From: Candidatus Kuenenbacteria bacterium
GTDB taxonomy: Bacteria; Patescibacteriota; Patescibacteriia; UBA2196; GWA2-42-15
Length of the DNA: 64,000 nt
Assembly: GCA_012797775.1 (NCBI GenBank)
Contig: JAAZOM010000021.1
Span: 6,147 to 70,146 of the forward strand
Direction of reading: 5' to 3'
The notes below the pieces were generated by a model. It was not told the origin of the DNA, made no database searches, and saw only the letters and a program-made list of their open reading frames with translations. Position 1 is the stretch's first letter. Each line of letters starts with the position of its first letter. Position numbers and translations under genes: made by a program. Shown here one piece after another: positions 9,680-20,296 of this stretch.

Positions 9680-10306
9680 TTATTGTTCATCATTCTCTTC
9701 TCTTAGAAAAAAGAAGAAGTTATTATTAGCCGGCTGGTTTAGCATTATATTTGCTAAAAAATCGACTAGCTGTCCTCTGTTCTTTTTTTCAAAACCATTT
9801 TCATTCATTGGATCAATTAAAATATAATTATCAGCATCTAGTTTCCAGATGCTTCTAGAGTGGTAGCCAAGACCTGTCGTGCACAATCCAGACTGATAGG
9901 TGTCTAAATATTCTAGAATACCGTTTTCTATATTATTTTCGACTTGCCCCCTGGTTAGATTATCCGTGCGAACAGTAACAATGTCCTCTTGCTTGGGCCT
10001 TGAGCCCAAAACAAGGGAAAATAGTCTGACTACGTCGGTATAGCTTAAGGGCTGGTCATCATTCAATATGTCTCCGGGGTCTTCTCCAGATTGTCTCCTC
10101 TTCTCTATAACTAAGTCTCTTAATTCGCGGGGCGACATGATTATCTTACCCTCATGCATAATGCTGTATGTATTTAAAAAATTAATTAGCACACAATCAC
10201 CTGGCCTTGTTTGGTGTATCATCTCTATTTCCATGTCTCCAATTATATGTTTGCGTATTCGGTTGAGGGGCGGGTAATAATCTTGTCCAAAATGCTCACT
10301 GCCCAT
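9680..10306 (-). CDS. Hypothetical protein
   Basis: Complete 208 aa ORF with a 16-nt gap to gatA. No confident family. Confidence 0.45.
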   Translation of the reverse strand: MGSEHFGQDYYPPLNRIRKHIIGDMEIEMIHQTRPGDCVLINFLNTYSIMHEGKIIMSPRELRDLVIEKRRQSGEDPGDILNDDQPLSYTDVVRLFSLVLGSRPKQEDIVTVRTDNLTRGQVENNIENGILEYLDTYQSGLCTTGLGYHSRSIWKLDADNYILIDPMNENGFEKKNRGQLVDFLANIMLNQPANNNFFFFLREENDEQ

Positions 10307-10322
10307 ATTGATGGCTAATTAA

Positions 10323-11762
10323 TTATTTTTGAGATTGTTCGAAGTGGTGGGCTAGCCGCAGGACTGTTTTTTCATCAAACCACTTGCCAATAATTTGGAG
10401 CCCAACTGGCAAGCCATCGGATAGACCAGTGGGAACAGAAATGGTGGGTACGCCGGCCAAGCTCATAGGGATGGTGAATAAGTCGGCCAAATACATTTGC
10501 AGTGGGTCGGCGCTCCTCTCCCCTAATTTAAAAGCAATAGTGGGTGAAGTCGGAGCAAGAATCAGGTCAACACTCTCAAAAGCTTTTTCAAAATCTTTTT
10601 TGATCAGAGCGCGTACAGCACAGGCTTTTTTGTAATAAGCATCATAATAGCCGTGAGATAAAGCAAAGGTACCAAGGATGATGCGACGCTTGGCCTCAGC
10701 GCCTAGACCGGCGCCTCTAGTTTTCAGATAGGTGTCCAATAAATCTTTGCCTGGCGTCGATAGTCCATATTTCACTCCGTCATAGCGCGCCAGATTGGAA
10801 GAAACCTCTGAGGGCATAATGAGATAATAGCAAGCCAGGGCATAATCGGGTGGTGTCAATTTAACAGGCACGACTTTGGAGCCGACCAATTCTTCTATTT
10901 TTTTGACAGCAGAAAGAATGACTTCTTTTACTTGTGGAGCAACGCCTTCGGTCTCAAAATATTCCTCTGGCAAGCCAATCCTAAGGCCAGCAGCCGGCTT
11001 TTTTATTTCTTCATAATAATTATCCAGGGGTTCATTGGCCGTGGTCGAATCATAATCGTCACGTCCGGCAATCGTTTGTAAAACCAAAGCGGCGTCGGCG
11101 ACTGTTTTGGTAAAATGGCTAATAGTATCCAAAGAAGAGGCCATGGCGATCACACCATAACGTGAAGTGCGTCCATAGGTAGGCTTTAAGCCAACAACGC
11201 CGCAAAAAGAAGCGGGCTGGCGGACAGAACCGCCGGTGTCTGTACCAAGAGCATAGACAACCTCATCTGCGGCCACGGCTGCAGCTGAACCACCAGAAGA
11301 TCCGCCGGGTACGCGCGTCTCATCGTGCGGATTTTGGGTGGGAAAGAAAGCTGAATTTTCAGTAGAAGCGCCCATGGCGAATTCGTCCAAATTGGTCTTG
11401 CCGACTAATACTGCTCCTGTTTTTTTTAGTCTTTCGGTGGTGGTGGATTCAAAGGGCGGAACATATTTTTCCAAAATTTTGGAACTGGCAGTAGTAAGCA
11501 AACCTTCGGTGCAAAAAATATCTTTGGCGGCATAAGGAATACCAGCCAAAGGATGCAATTCATCGCCGCGTGCAAGCGACTCGTCAATTTTTTCAGCAGT
11601 AGATAGTGCATGATCGGGGAAAATATTGACAAAAGCCTTGAGGCGATGGTCAATACTGCCAATCTGGTCAAGGCAATTTTTAACCAAATCAACAGAACTG
11701 AATTCCTTATTCTTCAGGCCAAGATGCGCTTGTTCGATTGTCAGTTTACTTAAATCACTCAT
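10323..11762 (-). CDS. gatA: Asp-tRNA(Asn)/Glu-tRNA(Gln) amidotransferase subunit A
   Basis: Amidase signature GGSSGGSAAAVAA...GTDTGGSVRQPASFCG and full-length similarity to GatA. The start overlaps the gatC stop by 4 bp. Confidence 0.95.
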   Translation of the reverse strand: MSDLSKLTIEQAHLGLKNKEFSSVDLVKNCLDQIGSIDHRLKAFVNIFPDHALSTAEKIDESLARGDELHPLAGIPYAAKDIFCTEGLLTTASSKILEKYVPPFESTTTERLKKTGAVLVGKTNLDEFAMGASTENSAFFPTQNPHDETRVPGGSSGGSAAAVAADEVVYALGTDTGGSVRQPASFCGVVGLKPTYGRTSRYGVIAMASSLDTISHFTKTVADAALVLQTIAGRDDYDSTTANEPLDNYYEEIKKPAAGLRIGLPEEYFETEGVAPQVKEVILSAVKKIEELVGSKVVPVKLTPPDYALACYYLIMPSEVSSNLARYDGVKYGLSTPGKDLLDTYLKTRGAGLGAEAKRRIILGTFALSHGYYDAYYKKACAVRALIKKDFEKAFESVDLILAPTSPTIAFKLGERSADPLQMYLADLFTIPMSLAGVPTISVPTGLSDGLPVGLQIIGKWFDEKTVLRLAHHFEQSQK

Positions 11763-12049
11763 AATATTTTTTTGACTCTGATGTGCCGACCGGTTTTATC
11801 AGGAGCATTATTAATAATCTTTTTATCTATATCCCCTGTCGGCTCTTTGGGATCGTCGTGGCGAAAAACATTGTGTAATTTAACAGTCTGGCCGGTTGGC
11901 TCGACGCCAGTGGTGTCCAATTCTTGTAATTTTCTAAAATAATCCAAAATGCCAGCCAACTGGGCGGTATAAAGCTCCTTTTCTTCGGCGGTTAATTCCA
12001 GCCGGGCTAGATTGGCTAGATGTTCAATTTGGTGGATGTCTAAGGACAT
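11759..12049 (-). CDS. gatC: Asp/Glu-tRNA amidotransferase subunit C
   Basis: 96 aa GatC-like sequence (IEHLANLARLELTAEE...) directly upstream of gatA and translationally coupled to it. Confidence 0.85.
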   Translation of the reverse strand: MSLDIHQIEHLANLARLELTAEEKELYTAQLAGILDYFRKLQELDTTGVEPTGQTVKLHNVFRHDDPKEPTGDIDKKIINNAPDKTGRHIRVKKIL

Positions 12050-12303
12050 AAAAAATAAAAATATAAGAATAAAGACAATTTGATTTTAGCATTTTTCAGC
12101 TTTTTGGCAAACTATTGACAGACTTTGGCCATATCTGTAAGATGAGGAAAATTGAAGAAGGGGGGAAGTTCTGAGCTCTGGGTAGGCTAAGGTTAATTCC
12201 TACCCTATCCAATAGAGCATGCGGAACTGCGCTTCTGAAAATGAAGTGTGCCGTGCCCCCCTTCTTCTTTAAATTTAACGCGGGGTGAAGTTTGTCCTGT
12301 GGG

Positions 12304-12376
12304 ACTCGCATAGCTCAATCGGCAGAGCGTGGGGCTCATAATCCCAGGGTTCTTGGTTCGAGTCCAAGGGCGAGTT
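12304..12376 (+). tRNA. tRNA-Met (anticodon CAT; initiator vs elongator vs Ile2 not resolved)
   Basis: Cloverleaf by eye: D-arm GCTC/GAGC, anticodon stem TGGGG/TCCCA with loop CTCATAA, T-arm CTTGG-TTCGAGT-CCAAG. No CCA is encoded. Confidence 0.8.
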
Positions 12377-12388
12377 CAAAGGAGGACT

Positions 12389-12469
12389 GCCACTATAGCT
12401 CAATGGTAGAGCGCTGTGCCTGTACACATGGCTCGGAGGTTTCCGGTTCAAGTCCGGGTAGTGGCACCA
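12389..12469 (+). tRNA. tRNA-like gene with canonical acceptor, D and T arms and an encoded CCA, but a non-canonical anticodon arm; identity unassigned
   Basis: Acceptor GCCACTA/TAGTGGC + A + CCA. D-arm TAGCTCAATGGTAGAGC. T-arm TCCGG-TTCAAGT-CCGGG. Between them are 23 nt instead of 17: a 7-bp stem with one U-U mismatch and a 9-nt loop TGTACACAT. Confidence 0.55.
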
Positions 12470-12475
12470 AATTAA

Positions 12476-12517
12476 AAAGCCCAATCTCTAAAATTAAATT
12501 AGATTGGGCTTTTTCTT
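12476..12517. terminator. Bidirectional rho-independent terminator between the tRNA pair (+) and ligA (-)
   Basis: AAGCCCAATCT-loop-AGATTGGGCTT flanked by T/A runs. Confidence 0.6.
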
Positions 12518-12528
12518 TTTGTCTAAAG

Positions 12529-14550
<2,022 letters not shown>

Positions 14551-14552
14551 TC

Positions 14553-14583
14553 AAAACCCCCTCTGTTTGAAAGAGGGGGTATA
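14553..14583 (-). terminator. Rho-independent terminator after the pilin-like gene
   Basis: CCCCCTCT-GTTTGAA-AGAGGGGG hairpin followed by a T-run on the minus strand. Confidence 0.6.
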
Positions 14584-14594
14584 AAAATTTGCGT

Positions 14595-15071
14595 CTAATA
14601 AATATTGTCCTTGGTGGCCCAGTGCAAACCCGGTTCCATGCCGCCTAATTTACCTTCAAAATAAAAATAAATAACATAGCTGTCGGCCGAATAAAGAGTA
14701 TAACCATAATCACACGGTGAGCTGGATGTATCCGTACAAGGGCTTTCGGTCTGGCTAACCATCTTGGGGTCCCGGGGCACAATCGGCATATAAAAAGGAG
14801 TTTCTGGCGGGCCAGCGGCCCAGCCACGGCCATCAAGAGTGGAACGCGAGGTAACACCAAGGGCTACGCCGTCGCCCGCGGGATAAGATTGCTTGTCCGT
14901 GCTATAAAGCTGGAGCGCTGAACGGAGCTGGTTGATATCAGACATTCTTTTTGTGTCGCGCGATTCTCTTTTGGCACGATCCAAAGAGATCATAGTGATA
15001 TTGGCCATCAGGGCAAAGATAGCAATAACCACTAGGAGCTCAATCAAAGTAAAACCTTTTTTATTTAACAT
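14595..15071 (-). CDS. Type IV pilin-like / pseudopilin (prepilin N-terminal methylation motif)
   Basis: KGFTLIELLVVIAIFALMA class III signal. The start was chosen at the internal MLNKKGF; the ORF track starts 12 codons earlier at 15107. Confidence 0.7.
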   Translation of the reverse strand: MLNKKGFTLIELLVVIAIFALMANITMISLDRAKRESRDTKRMSDINQLRSALQLYSTDKQSYPAGDGVALGVTSRSTLDGRGWAAGPPETPFYMPIVPRDPKMVSQTESPCTDTSSSPCDYGYTLYSADSYVIYFYFEGKLGGMEPGLHWATKDNIY

Positions 15072-15145
15072 ATAAATAATAAAGAGGTGTTGATAACTTC
15101 TTGACACTTATATTATAACACAAAAATGCTAAACAATAGAAGCGG

Positions 15146-16516
15146 TTATTTTCTCTTTAATAAAAACGTCAAAATCGGTGGGGTCAAAAGGGTGGTCAAA
15201 ATTACCATAATAACAATGGCAGAAAAAATCTGATCGGTGACCACGCCAAGGCTCTTGCCCATCATGGCGAAGATGAGCCCCACCTCACCCCTTGGCACCA
15301 TACCAAAACCCACAATTTTTTTATCCACCTTTCCGGCCACAAGCCCGGAAACTATTTTACCCACGAAAGCAGCCAGGGTAATACCCAGCGCGAGCAGTAA
15401 AATTGGTATGTTGAAAAGAGTGGAAAGGTCTACCTCAAAGCCGGTCATCACAAAAAATATCGGGACGAGGAAATAGGCCAGCGGCTCTATCAGGTCTTCG
15501 ATATGGCGGTGGGTGTGATGAGCCAAGAGTTCAGAGACTTTTTCTTTGAGGGGCGTGCCGGCTTTGGAAAAGGCCTCCTCAATATCCGAAACCGCCTGCG
15601 GGGCTTTGAATTTTTTGAAATGAACCGGGTCCAAAACAAGACCAGCAGCAAAAGCGCCGACAATCGGAGCCAGCCCTATTTTATAAGCCAGAAATGAGAA
15701 AATCAAACCAAAAGAAATAGCCATGGTAAATTTCATGCCGGTACCAGAGTGAATCTTGGAAAAAATACGGCCGAGCCAAGGCGCGATGAGCTGCCCCACA
15801 ATAATAGAGCCGGCTAAAAACAAAATAGCTTTGGCAGTAATCCAGGTGATAGCACCAAAACTAACAGCACCGACAGTTACAATAGCAGAAACCACAGCAA
15901 GAATAATAAGGCCTATAACATCATCTATAACAGCAGCACCCAAAACAATTTGGGCCTCAGATGTTTTTAGCTTGCCTAGATCCTTGAAGACTCTGGCAGT
16001 AATGCCGACGGAAGTAGCGGTCAGGGTCGCACCCAAAAACAAATAGGCATTGAAACTCAGGCCTGGTAAAAGCCAAGGACCAACCAAATAAGTACCGAGA
16101 ACAAATGGAACAATCACACCAACGGTGGCGACAATAAGAGCCCGTAAACCAACTTTTTTCATCTGGCTAATATTGGACTCAAGGCCAATTTGGAACAATA
16201 AGATAACAACTCCGAGCTCGGATAAAAATTTTATAATATAATCACTACGTAATGGCTCAAAAATATGAACGCCAACAAGGGCGAGATTGCCCAAAAGAAC
16301 ACCAATGACCAGTTCACCCAGAACTGCAGGCTGACCAAATCTTTCTACTAGTCCAGAAACTTTAGCCGCAATTAAAATAACTGCGATCCATAGAAAGGTG
16401 GGGGCGGGATTGATGTGGACCGAGGACTCCGATGAACCGGAAGCAAACGCGGCTGATCCGAAAACTAAAAATAACAAAAAAAAGAGCAAGATTTTGCTTT
16501 TTGATTTTAAGAACAT
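15146..16516 (-). CDS. Cation:proton antiporter (CPA1/CPA2 Na+/H+ exchanger family)
   Basis: About 12 TM helices and the motifs GELVIGVLLG and LFLGATLTATSVGITARVF, typical of Kef/NhaP-type exchangers. Confidence 0.8.
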   Translation of the reverse strand: MFLKSKSKILLFFLLFLVFGSAAFASGSSESSVHINPAPTFLWIAVILIAAKVSGLVERFGQPAVLGELVIGVLLGNLALVGVHIFEPLRSDYIIKFLSELGVVILLFQIGLESNISQMKKVGLRALIVATVGVIVPFVLGTYLVGPWLLPGLSFNAYLFLGATLTATSVGITARVFKDLGKLKTSEAQIVLGAAVIDDVIGLIILAVVSAIVTVGAVSFGAITWITAKAILFLAGSIIVGQLIAPWLGRIFSKIHSGTGMKFTMAISFGLIFSFLAYKIGLAPIVGAFAAGLVLDPVHFKKFKAPQAVSDIEEAFSKAGTPLKEKVSELLAHHTHRHIEDLIEPLAYFLVPIFFVMTGFEVDLSTLFNIPILLLALGITLAAFVGKIVSGLVAGKVDKKIVGFGMVPRGEVGLIFAMMGKSLGVVTDQIFSAIVIMVILTTLLTPPILTFLLKRK

Positions 16517-16650
16517 AGAAGTATTGCTTGTTTATCTTATTAATTAATAAAAACCTTTGCTTTATTTTAACATACCTGTCAAAAGTGACAAGATGGCTAA
16601 AATATGAAATAATAAAAACAGTTAACAATTAGATTTTTTAAATAAATTTT

Positions 16651-18060
16651 ATGAAAAAAAGGGCTTTTTTTTGTGTTTTAATTTTGGCTTTTTTGTTTTT
16701 GGCCGGAACGGTCCGGGCGGAGATAAAGTTTAGCAATGTTAATGTTTATGCTATAAAAAACGGTACGGCCAAAATCAGCTGGGACACTTTTGGCGAACCG
16801 ACCAAGGCTTTTGTTTATTATGGTACCAGCGCTGACAAACTCGACAAAACTATTGAATATGGGGTTTATGATTTTAGCCATGAAAGCACTATTTATGGAC
16901 TGGAAAAAGATATTACTTATTATTACAAAATAGTGGCAATAAACCAAGCAGGAGAAGCTAAAGAATTATTTTTACAGACATTCTCCACCAAAGACATGCC
17001 GGATACGATTGCGCCGGAATTTGTATCCACCAATGTCATCCAGACTACCAGGGACGCTGCGGCTATTTTTTGGGAAACAAACGAGGAAACAAGGGCGGAG
17101 ATAAAGTTTAGCCCCGATCTCAATAATCTTAATAGAGGCGCCGGCGATGGTGAATTTAAGAAGAGACACGATATTTTGATTCAAGACTTGGATGCTGACC
17201 AGAAATATTATTTTAAAATAATAGCCGAGGACCGGGGTGGGAACAAAATATCAGAGGTGGTTAGCGCCAGAACCGGCATTTATATTAGTAATAAAAACGA
17301 TTTGATAATAGACAATATAAAACCAATAGATTTTGACCCGACAATGATTTTTTCCAGAGAGGCAATGCTCAGCTGGAAAACCAATATGATCGCCAGATGC
17401 AAAATACGCTATGGTACCAAAACCAATGAACACAATAAAGAGTTGGAAGCGAACAACAAAGAACGACTTCTGGACCACGCTATTACTATCACCGGGCTAG
17501 AACCGTCAACGACATATTATTATAAACTGGAATGTTATGACAGTTTTTATGGTAAAAGAAAAGAAACAAAAGAATACACCTTTACGACATTGAACCCCAG
17601 TCTGGTAATCCCAAAGCCGCAGGTGCCACCAGAACCATACAAGGACACGGATGGTGATACGCTGTCTGATACTTATGAAAAAGAAATTGGCACCAACCCA
17701 AACAAAAAAGACACGGATGGTGACAGCTACAATGATGATGTGGAAATAAAATACGGTTATGACCCCCTGATCCCCGGCAGCACTAGATTGAGGATAGATT
17801 ATTATATGAAACCAAAATTCCTCATCAGCAAAGAGGCAATTAAAGAAAAAGAACTGAGAGCGCTAATAAAAATAAGGCTGGGTAATGTAAAAATAAGTAC
17901 AAAAAATTGGCGCACGCTTTTGAATGCTTATGTTTATGGCAACTACCCAGCAGAAGCGATTATCCGAGCGATTCAGCTAGGCGGCAGAACAGTACACCCG
18001 ACAATTGGTTGGGAGAGCTGGCAGAAGACCAGTCAATATAAAGAGTATATGAATAAATAA
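16651..18060 (+). CDS. Secreted protein with Fn3-like repeats and thrombospondin type-3-like Ca-binding repeats
   Basis: Signal peptide. Three EIKFS...ISW...YYYK Fn3-like units. DTDGDTLSDTYE and DTDGDSYNDDVE repeats. Confidence 0.6.
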   Translation: MKKRAFFCVLILAFLFLAGTVRAEIKFSNVNVYAIKNGTAKISWDTFGEPTKAFVYYGTSADKLDKTIEYGVYDFSHESTIYGLEKDITYYYKIVAINQAGEAKELFLQTFSTKDMPDTIAPEFVSTNVIQTTRDAAAIFWETNEETRAEIKFSPDLNNLNRGAGDGEFKKRHDILIQDLDADQKYYFKIIAEDRGGNKISEVVSARTGIYISNKNDLIIDNIKPIDFDPTMIFSREAMLSWKTNMIARCKIRYGTKTNEHNKELEANNKERLLDHAITITGLEPSTTYYYKLECYDSFYGKRKETKEYTFTTLNPSLVIPKPQVPPEPYKDTDGDTLSDTYEKEIGTNPNKKDTDGDSYNDDVEIKYGYDPLIPGSTRLRIDYYMKPKFLISKEAIKEKELRALIKIRLGNVKISTKNWRTLLNAYVYGNYPAEAIIRAIQLGGRTVHPTIGWESWQKTSQYKEYMNK

Positions 18061-18061
18061 T

Positions 18062-18805
18062 ATGACATTAATCATAATTTTATCTTCAACAATAATAATC
18101 AGCCTGATTTCTGTTTTGGGAATTTTTTTATTCTACAAAACTGGTTTATATAAAAAAATAATCGGACTGATCAGCCTGGCCGCTGGGGTGCTTTTGGCAG
18201 TGGTGTGGCTGGATATTATCCCAGAGACGCTAGAAGAGGGGCTCGCGCCAGCCACTTTGGGGGTAACCATCCTAATAACAATTTTGGTATTTTTTCTGGC
18301 AGAAACGATTTTCCGCTGGCACCACTGCCAACATGGTAATTGCGAGGGTGAAAACCACCATCATCTGGCTTGGTTCAATTTGTTTGGCGATGGACTACAC
18401 AATTTTGTAGACGGCATGGTCTTGGCATCGGCCTTTATGGTTGATATCCGGCTAGGCTTTCTGACAGCGGTGGCTATAATGGTGCATGAAATACCTCAGG
18501 AATTGTCAGATGCTGGAGTTTTGTCCTATGCCGGACTGTCTATGAAAAAAATTTATCTTTATAATTTATTTTTCGGGCTGACAGCGGTCATAGGAGCACT
18601 GACTGCCTATTTTCTGGCCGACAAGCTCTCAATAACGCCCGTACTCCTGGCTATAGCGGCTGGTAATTTTATTTATCTGGCCATGGCTGATCTCATACCA
18701 ATAATTCATCACGAAACCGATAGTAAAAAAATAACCAAACAGGCAGTGTGGTTTGTGGCGGGGATTGTTTTAGTTTATCTGATGGGTAAAATCATAGTAG
18801 AATAA
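18062..18805 (+). CDS. zupT: ZIP family metal (zinc) transporter, ZupT-like
   Basis: His-rich loop HHCQHGNCEGENHHH and the signature HEIPQELSDAGVL. 247 aa with about 8 TM helices. Confidence 0.8.
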   Translation: MTLIIILSSTIIISLISVLGIFLFYKTGLYKKIIGLISLAAGVLLAVVWLDIIPETLEEGLAPATLGVTILITILVFFLAETIFRWHHCQHGNCEGENHHHLAWFNLFGDGLHNFVDGMVLASAFMVDIRLGFLTAVAIMVHEIPQELSDAGVLSYAGLSMKKIYLYNLFFGLTAVIGALTAYFLADKLSITPVLLAIAAGNFIYLAMADLIPIIHHETDSKKITKQAVWFVAGIVLVYLMGKIIVE

Positions 18806-18823
18806 GATTGGAAAAAATTTAAA

Positions 18824-18856
18824 CAAAAAACAGGGGTAGCAATCCCCTGTTTTTCT
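18824..18856. terminator. Bidirectional terminator between convergent zupT (+) and the PspC-domain gene (-)
   Basis: ACAGGGG-TAGCAA-TCCCCTGT hairpin with flanking A/T runs. Confidence 0.6.
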
Positions 18857-18863
18857 AATAAAT

Positions 18864-19349
18864 TTATTCTTTGTCGCTTTTGAGAACTAAATAGAGGCCG
18901 AGCGCAATCACCAAAAGTGGCCAAATTATGCCCCAGCGTAACCAGGAAAAATAATAATAAAAATGCCAGGGAAAAAATTCTTTCAACAGAAAAAATAAAC
19001 CCGCCAAAAGAACTATTAGGCCAAAGAAGCGGTGCGAATTGCTAGGTGAGGGTTTTTCTTCTTTTTTAAATTCATTAGCGACTTCTCTTGCTTTTTCACC
19101 CAGCTCACCAGCAAATTGTTTTATCTCTTGGCTGGAAGTAAGTGTTGGGTTGGCGCTCGGGATAATAAGAACCAAAATTATATACAGAATTATTGAGCCA
19201 CCGCCCATCAGGGCGAAGACAACAAAAAGAGCGCGGACGATAATAGGATCAACATCGAAATATTCGCCCAAACCGCCACAAACGCCAAAGAGTACTTTAT
19301 CGCTACTGGAACGGTATAATTTTTTGGGTTGTGATGATTGTGTGTCCAT
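18864..19349 (-). CDS. PspC-domain membrane protein
   Basis: LYRSSSDKVLFGVCGGLGEYFDVDPIIVRALFV PspC signature plus TM helices. Confidence 0.7.
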   Translation of the reverse strand: MDTQSSQPKKLYRSSSDKVLFGVCGGLGEYFDVDPIIVRALFVVFALMGGGSIILYIILVLIIPSANPTLTSSQEIKQFAGELGEKAREVANEFKKEEKPSPSNSHRFFGLIVLLAGLFFLLKEFFPWHFYYYFSWLRWGIIWPLLVIALGLYLVLKSDKE

Positions 19350-19354
19350 AAAAA

Positions 19355-19882
19355 TTATTTAATGGTTAAAAGCTCAACTTCAAAAACAAGTGTGGCTTTG
19401 GGCGGGATCGGACCAACGCCAGCGTCACCATAGGCCAGATCAGAGGGAATAGTCAGCTTGCGTTTCTCCCCTACTTTCATGCCAATAACACCTTGATCCC
19501 AACCAGCAATGACAGCCCCAGCGCCAACCACAAATTCAAACGGTGTGCCACGATCAACGCTGGAATCAAACTTGGTGCCATCGGTCAACCAACCAGTATA
19601 ATGAACCACGGCCGTCTGGCCAGCCACAATCGGCTCGCCTTGGCCGGGAGTTAGGGTTTCAATTTGGAGTTCCATGGGGTTTTGGATTAATTGATTATTG
19701 GTATCGGGCTTGATGGCATTACCTTCCTTATTGGCACCAACGGTGGTATTGGTGTTTGTTTGATTGGAATTCACGGCGGCGGAGTTATCAAAATTTTTTG
19801 CCGGCAGGAAAATCCAGAGCAAAACAATGATGATAATAACGAGCACCAAAATAAAAACAGTGACGAGTTGGCTCTTTGACAT
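19355..19882 (-). CDS. FKBP-type peptidyl-prolyl cis-trans isomerase, membrane-anchored
   Basis: The C-terminal domain [16 protein letters not shown]...[20 protein letters not shown]...LVFEVELL matches the FKBP fold. N-terminal TM helix. Confidence 0.85.
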   Translation of the reverse strand: MSKSQLVTVFILVLVIIIIVLLWIFLPAKNFDNSAAVNSNQTNTNTTVGANKEGNAIKPDTNNQLIQNPMELQIETLTPGQGEPIVAGQTAVVHYTGWLTDGTKFDSSVDRGTPFEFVVGAGAVIAGWDQGVIGMKVGEKRKLTIPSDLAYGDAGVGPIPPKATLVFEVELLTIK

Positions 19883-19891
19883 ATTTTTTTA

Positions 19892-20296
19892 TTATTGGTT
19901 AATTTTTTGGTTTAGCCCTCCTAACAGATAATTCTCCATAATTTCTTTGGCTGACATAGAGTGCGGTTTGTTTTTGTCTCCCTTGGTATTAAAAACCTCC
20001 GTGGCTTCTGTCCCGCAGGCAGCACTGATGGCCTCACTACCACCAGTGTGCCCGGCGATAGCCTCGGTAACATCATAAACTTCGTTATTTATAATTACCC
20101 AGCAATCAGAAGCATTGCTGTGGCGCGACACTTCTTCGACAGTGAGGGTAATTACGGCGCCCTGATTGGCAGCTGGCTGATTTGCATTCTCCCCTGAATA
20201 ATTTTGGCGATCATTTAGAACAAAGCCAGCCACCAAAACTGCCACCACCACAGCAAAGAAGACAAACAAACTAACAGAAACTATTTTTTTTGTCAT
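19892..20296 (-). CDS. Cytochrome b5-like heme-binding domain protein, membrane-anchored
   Basis: The motif W(V)IINNEVYDVTEAIAGHTGG fits the cyt-b5 heme-binding signature (an HPGG variant). It overlaps the upstream gene by 4 bp. Confidence 0.7.
   Translation of the reverse strand: MTKKIVSVSLFVFFAVVVAVLVAGFVLNDRQNYSGENANQPAANQGAVITLTVEEVSRHSNASDCWVIINNEVYDVTEAIAGHTGGSEAISAACGTEATEVFNTKGDKNKPHSMSAKEIMENYLLGGLNQKINQ

Noticed and set aside
9680-10306. Possible papain-like or C39-type cysteine peptidase (GDCVLINF ... GYHSRSIW ... DADNY)
   Set aside because: The Cys/His/Asp spacing is only loosely compatible and there is no supporting family pattern. It is kept as hypothetical.
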